This document shows, piece after piece, positions 62,931 through 64,000 of a stretch of DNA of 64,000 bases. Numbering within the stretch: the first letter of the stretch is position 1; every line of letters starts with the position of its first letter. This DNA comes from the human T2T-CHM13v2.0 reference genome, Homo sapiens. A program made the position numbers and the translations under genes. The DNA is taken from NCBI RefSeq assembly GCF_009914755.1, contig NC_060940.1; one strand, given 5' to 3'. A model generated the notes under the pieces. It saw only the letters and a list, made by a program, of their open reading frames with translations. It did not search any database and had not been told where the DNA came from.

Positions 62931-63769
62931 CAAAGCCCCCTGTGTGGTTGGCCAGGAGTGAGTGGGGGTCGGGAGGAAGGGAAACGGGAGGGGCAACCCA
63001 ATCCGAGGGATCTTCTCCAGCAGAGGCCCCAGGAGGGGCTGGGAAGGAAGGGCCAGGGGTGGGACCAGGGGCAGATTGGGGAGAACCTGGCTCTCGAGGG
63101 TGCACAGGCCATAGCTGAAACTGAGCAGGTTGAAAGAGGAGGTGAGGCGAAGAGGGTTGGGAGCAGCGGCCAGGGGTGGGGCAGAGGCATGGGGGCAGGA
63201 GCCCAGGTGGGGGCACCCCTCCTTTCAGGCACTGGCATTCCCCCACACCCCCAGCCAGAGCCACCCCAACCTGCTCTTGAGTTACCAGAGCGCTTGGCCG
63301 GCTAAAGAGGGGCCAGTTCCTATTTCTGAGAGAAAAGGAGCCGCTCGTGCTCCTCCGGGGTCTCCCTGGGGCCAGCCCTAGATCTGGGGGATAGGATCTC
63401 CCGACTTCAAAGGGGTCCGGCCTACTGAAACCCACACCGACAGGCTGGCACCAAGGGGCTCTGCCAAGAGCCTTGGCGGGGCCAGAACCCAAGGCCTGGA
63501 GCACATGCCGCCCCATGCCCACCCCAGCTCCAAGGACTGGGACGCGTCCCCGAGCCCCTGGAGGGACAGCTGGCAGCTGGCCCTCGAGTGCCCTGGGGTG
63601 CTGCAGGCAAATGTCCCTGCTGTCCTGGGGCAGAGGAAAGGGGATGGGATGGCCAAGTTCTGCCCGCAAGCTGGGCAGGCAGAGGCAGGGCCACCCCAGG
63701 AGATGGGAAGGACAGAGGGACAGGGTGTGGAGGCAGTGGGGTGGGGCCACCCTTTGTTCAGCGCGGAAG

Positions 63770-63980
63770 AAGCACAGTTATAGACAGTCCTGCCTTCAAA
63801 TCTCAGCTTGGCTGTGTCAATTGTGTGACCTTGGACCCGTCACACCACCTCTCTGGGCTGCAACTTCCTCACTTGCAGCAATTTCTTGATTCACTGACTT
63901 TCTGGTCAGCCTAAGGCTGCGAATCTGTCACATCACTGTGTGCCCAGTGCCTGACACAGCATCCAACACAAATGTAAAGA
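63770..63980 (+). mobile_element. MIR, followed by the apparent start of another GGAT array at the window edge
   Basis: ttcaaatctcagc...tgtgtgaccttgg...acctctctgggc...cagtgcctgacacag. Confidence 0.7.
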
Positions 63981-64000
63981 CTTGTGGATGGATGGGTGGG

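Overview
This is human/primate genomic DNA, not microbial. It carries Alu, MIR, L2, old L1, MLT1 and MER elements, is GC-rich apart from an L1-rich first ~5.6 kb, and has the dense minisatellites typical of a distal chromosome band. I see no credible protein-coding exon. The ORF-track entries come from repeats or GC-rich chance frames, and many use GTG/TTG starts. The main landmark is a CpG island (~23.65-24.9 kb) with a probable + strand first exon ending at a GAG|GTGAGT donor (24064/24065), followed by ~40 kb of apparent intron. The layout resembles the 5' end of ZNF469 (16q24.2, next to ZFPM1), but that comes from memory and needs BLAT. I cannot demonstrate a new biological system. The best candidates are regulatory: (1) a compound 45/77-bp minisatellite (52.1-52.8 kb) with six perfect AGGTCA-n3-AGTTCA DR3 (VDR/PXR-type) elements plus DR6, CRE-like and E-box motifs; (2) three perfect POU octamers spaced 10-11 bp apart; (3) CArG, TEAD, MEF2 and FOX motif modules around the promoter; (4) a TATA box plus splice donor that may mark an alternative first exon; (5) VNTRs that repeatedly appear to have grown out of relic transposable elements. 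Repeat family calls were made by eye and boundaries are approximate.
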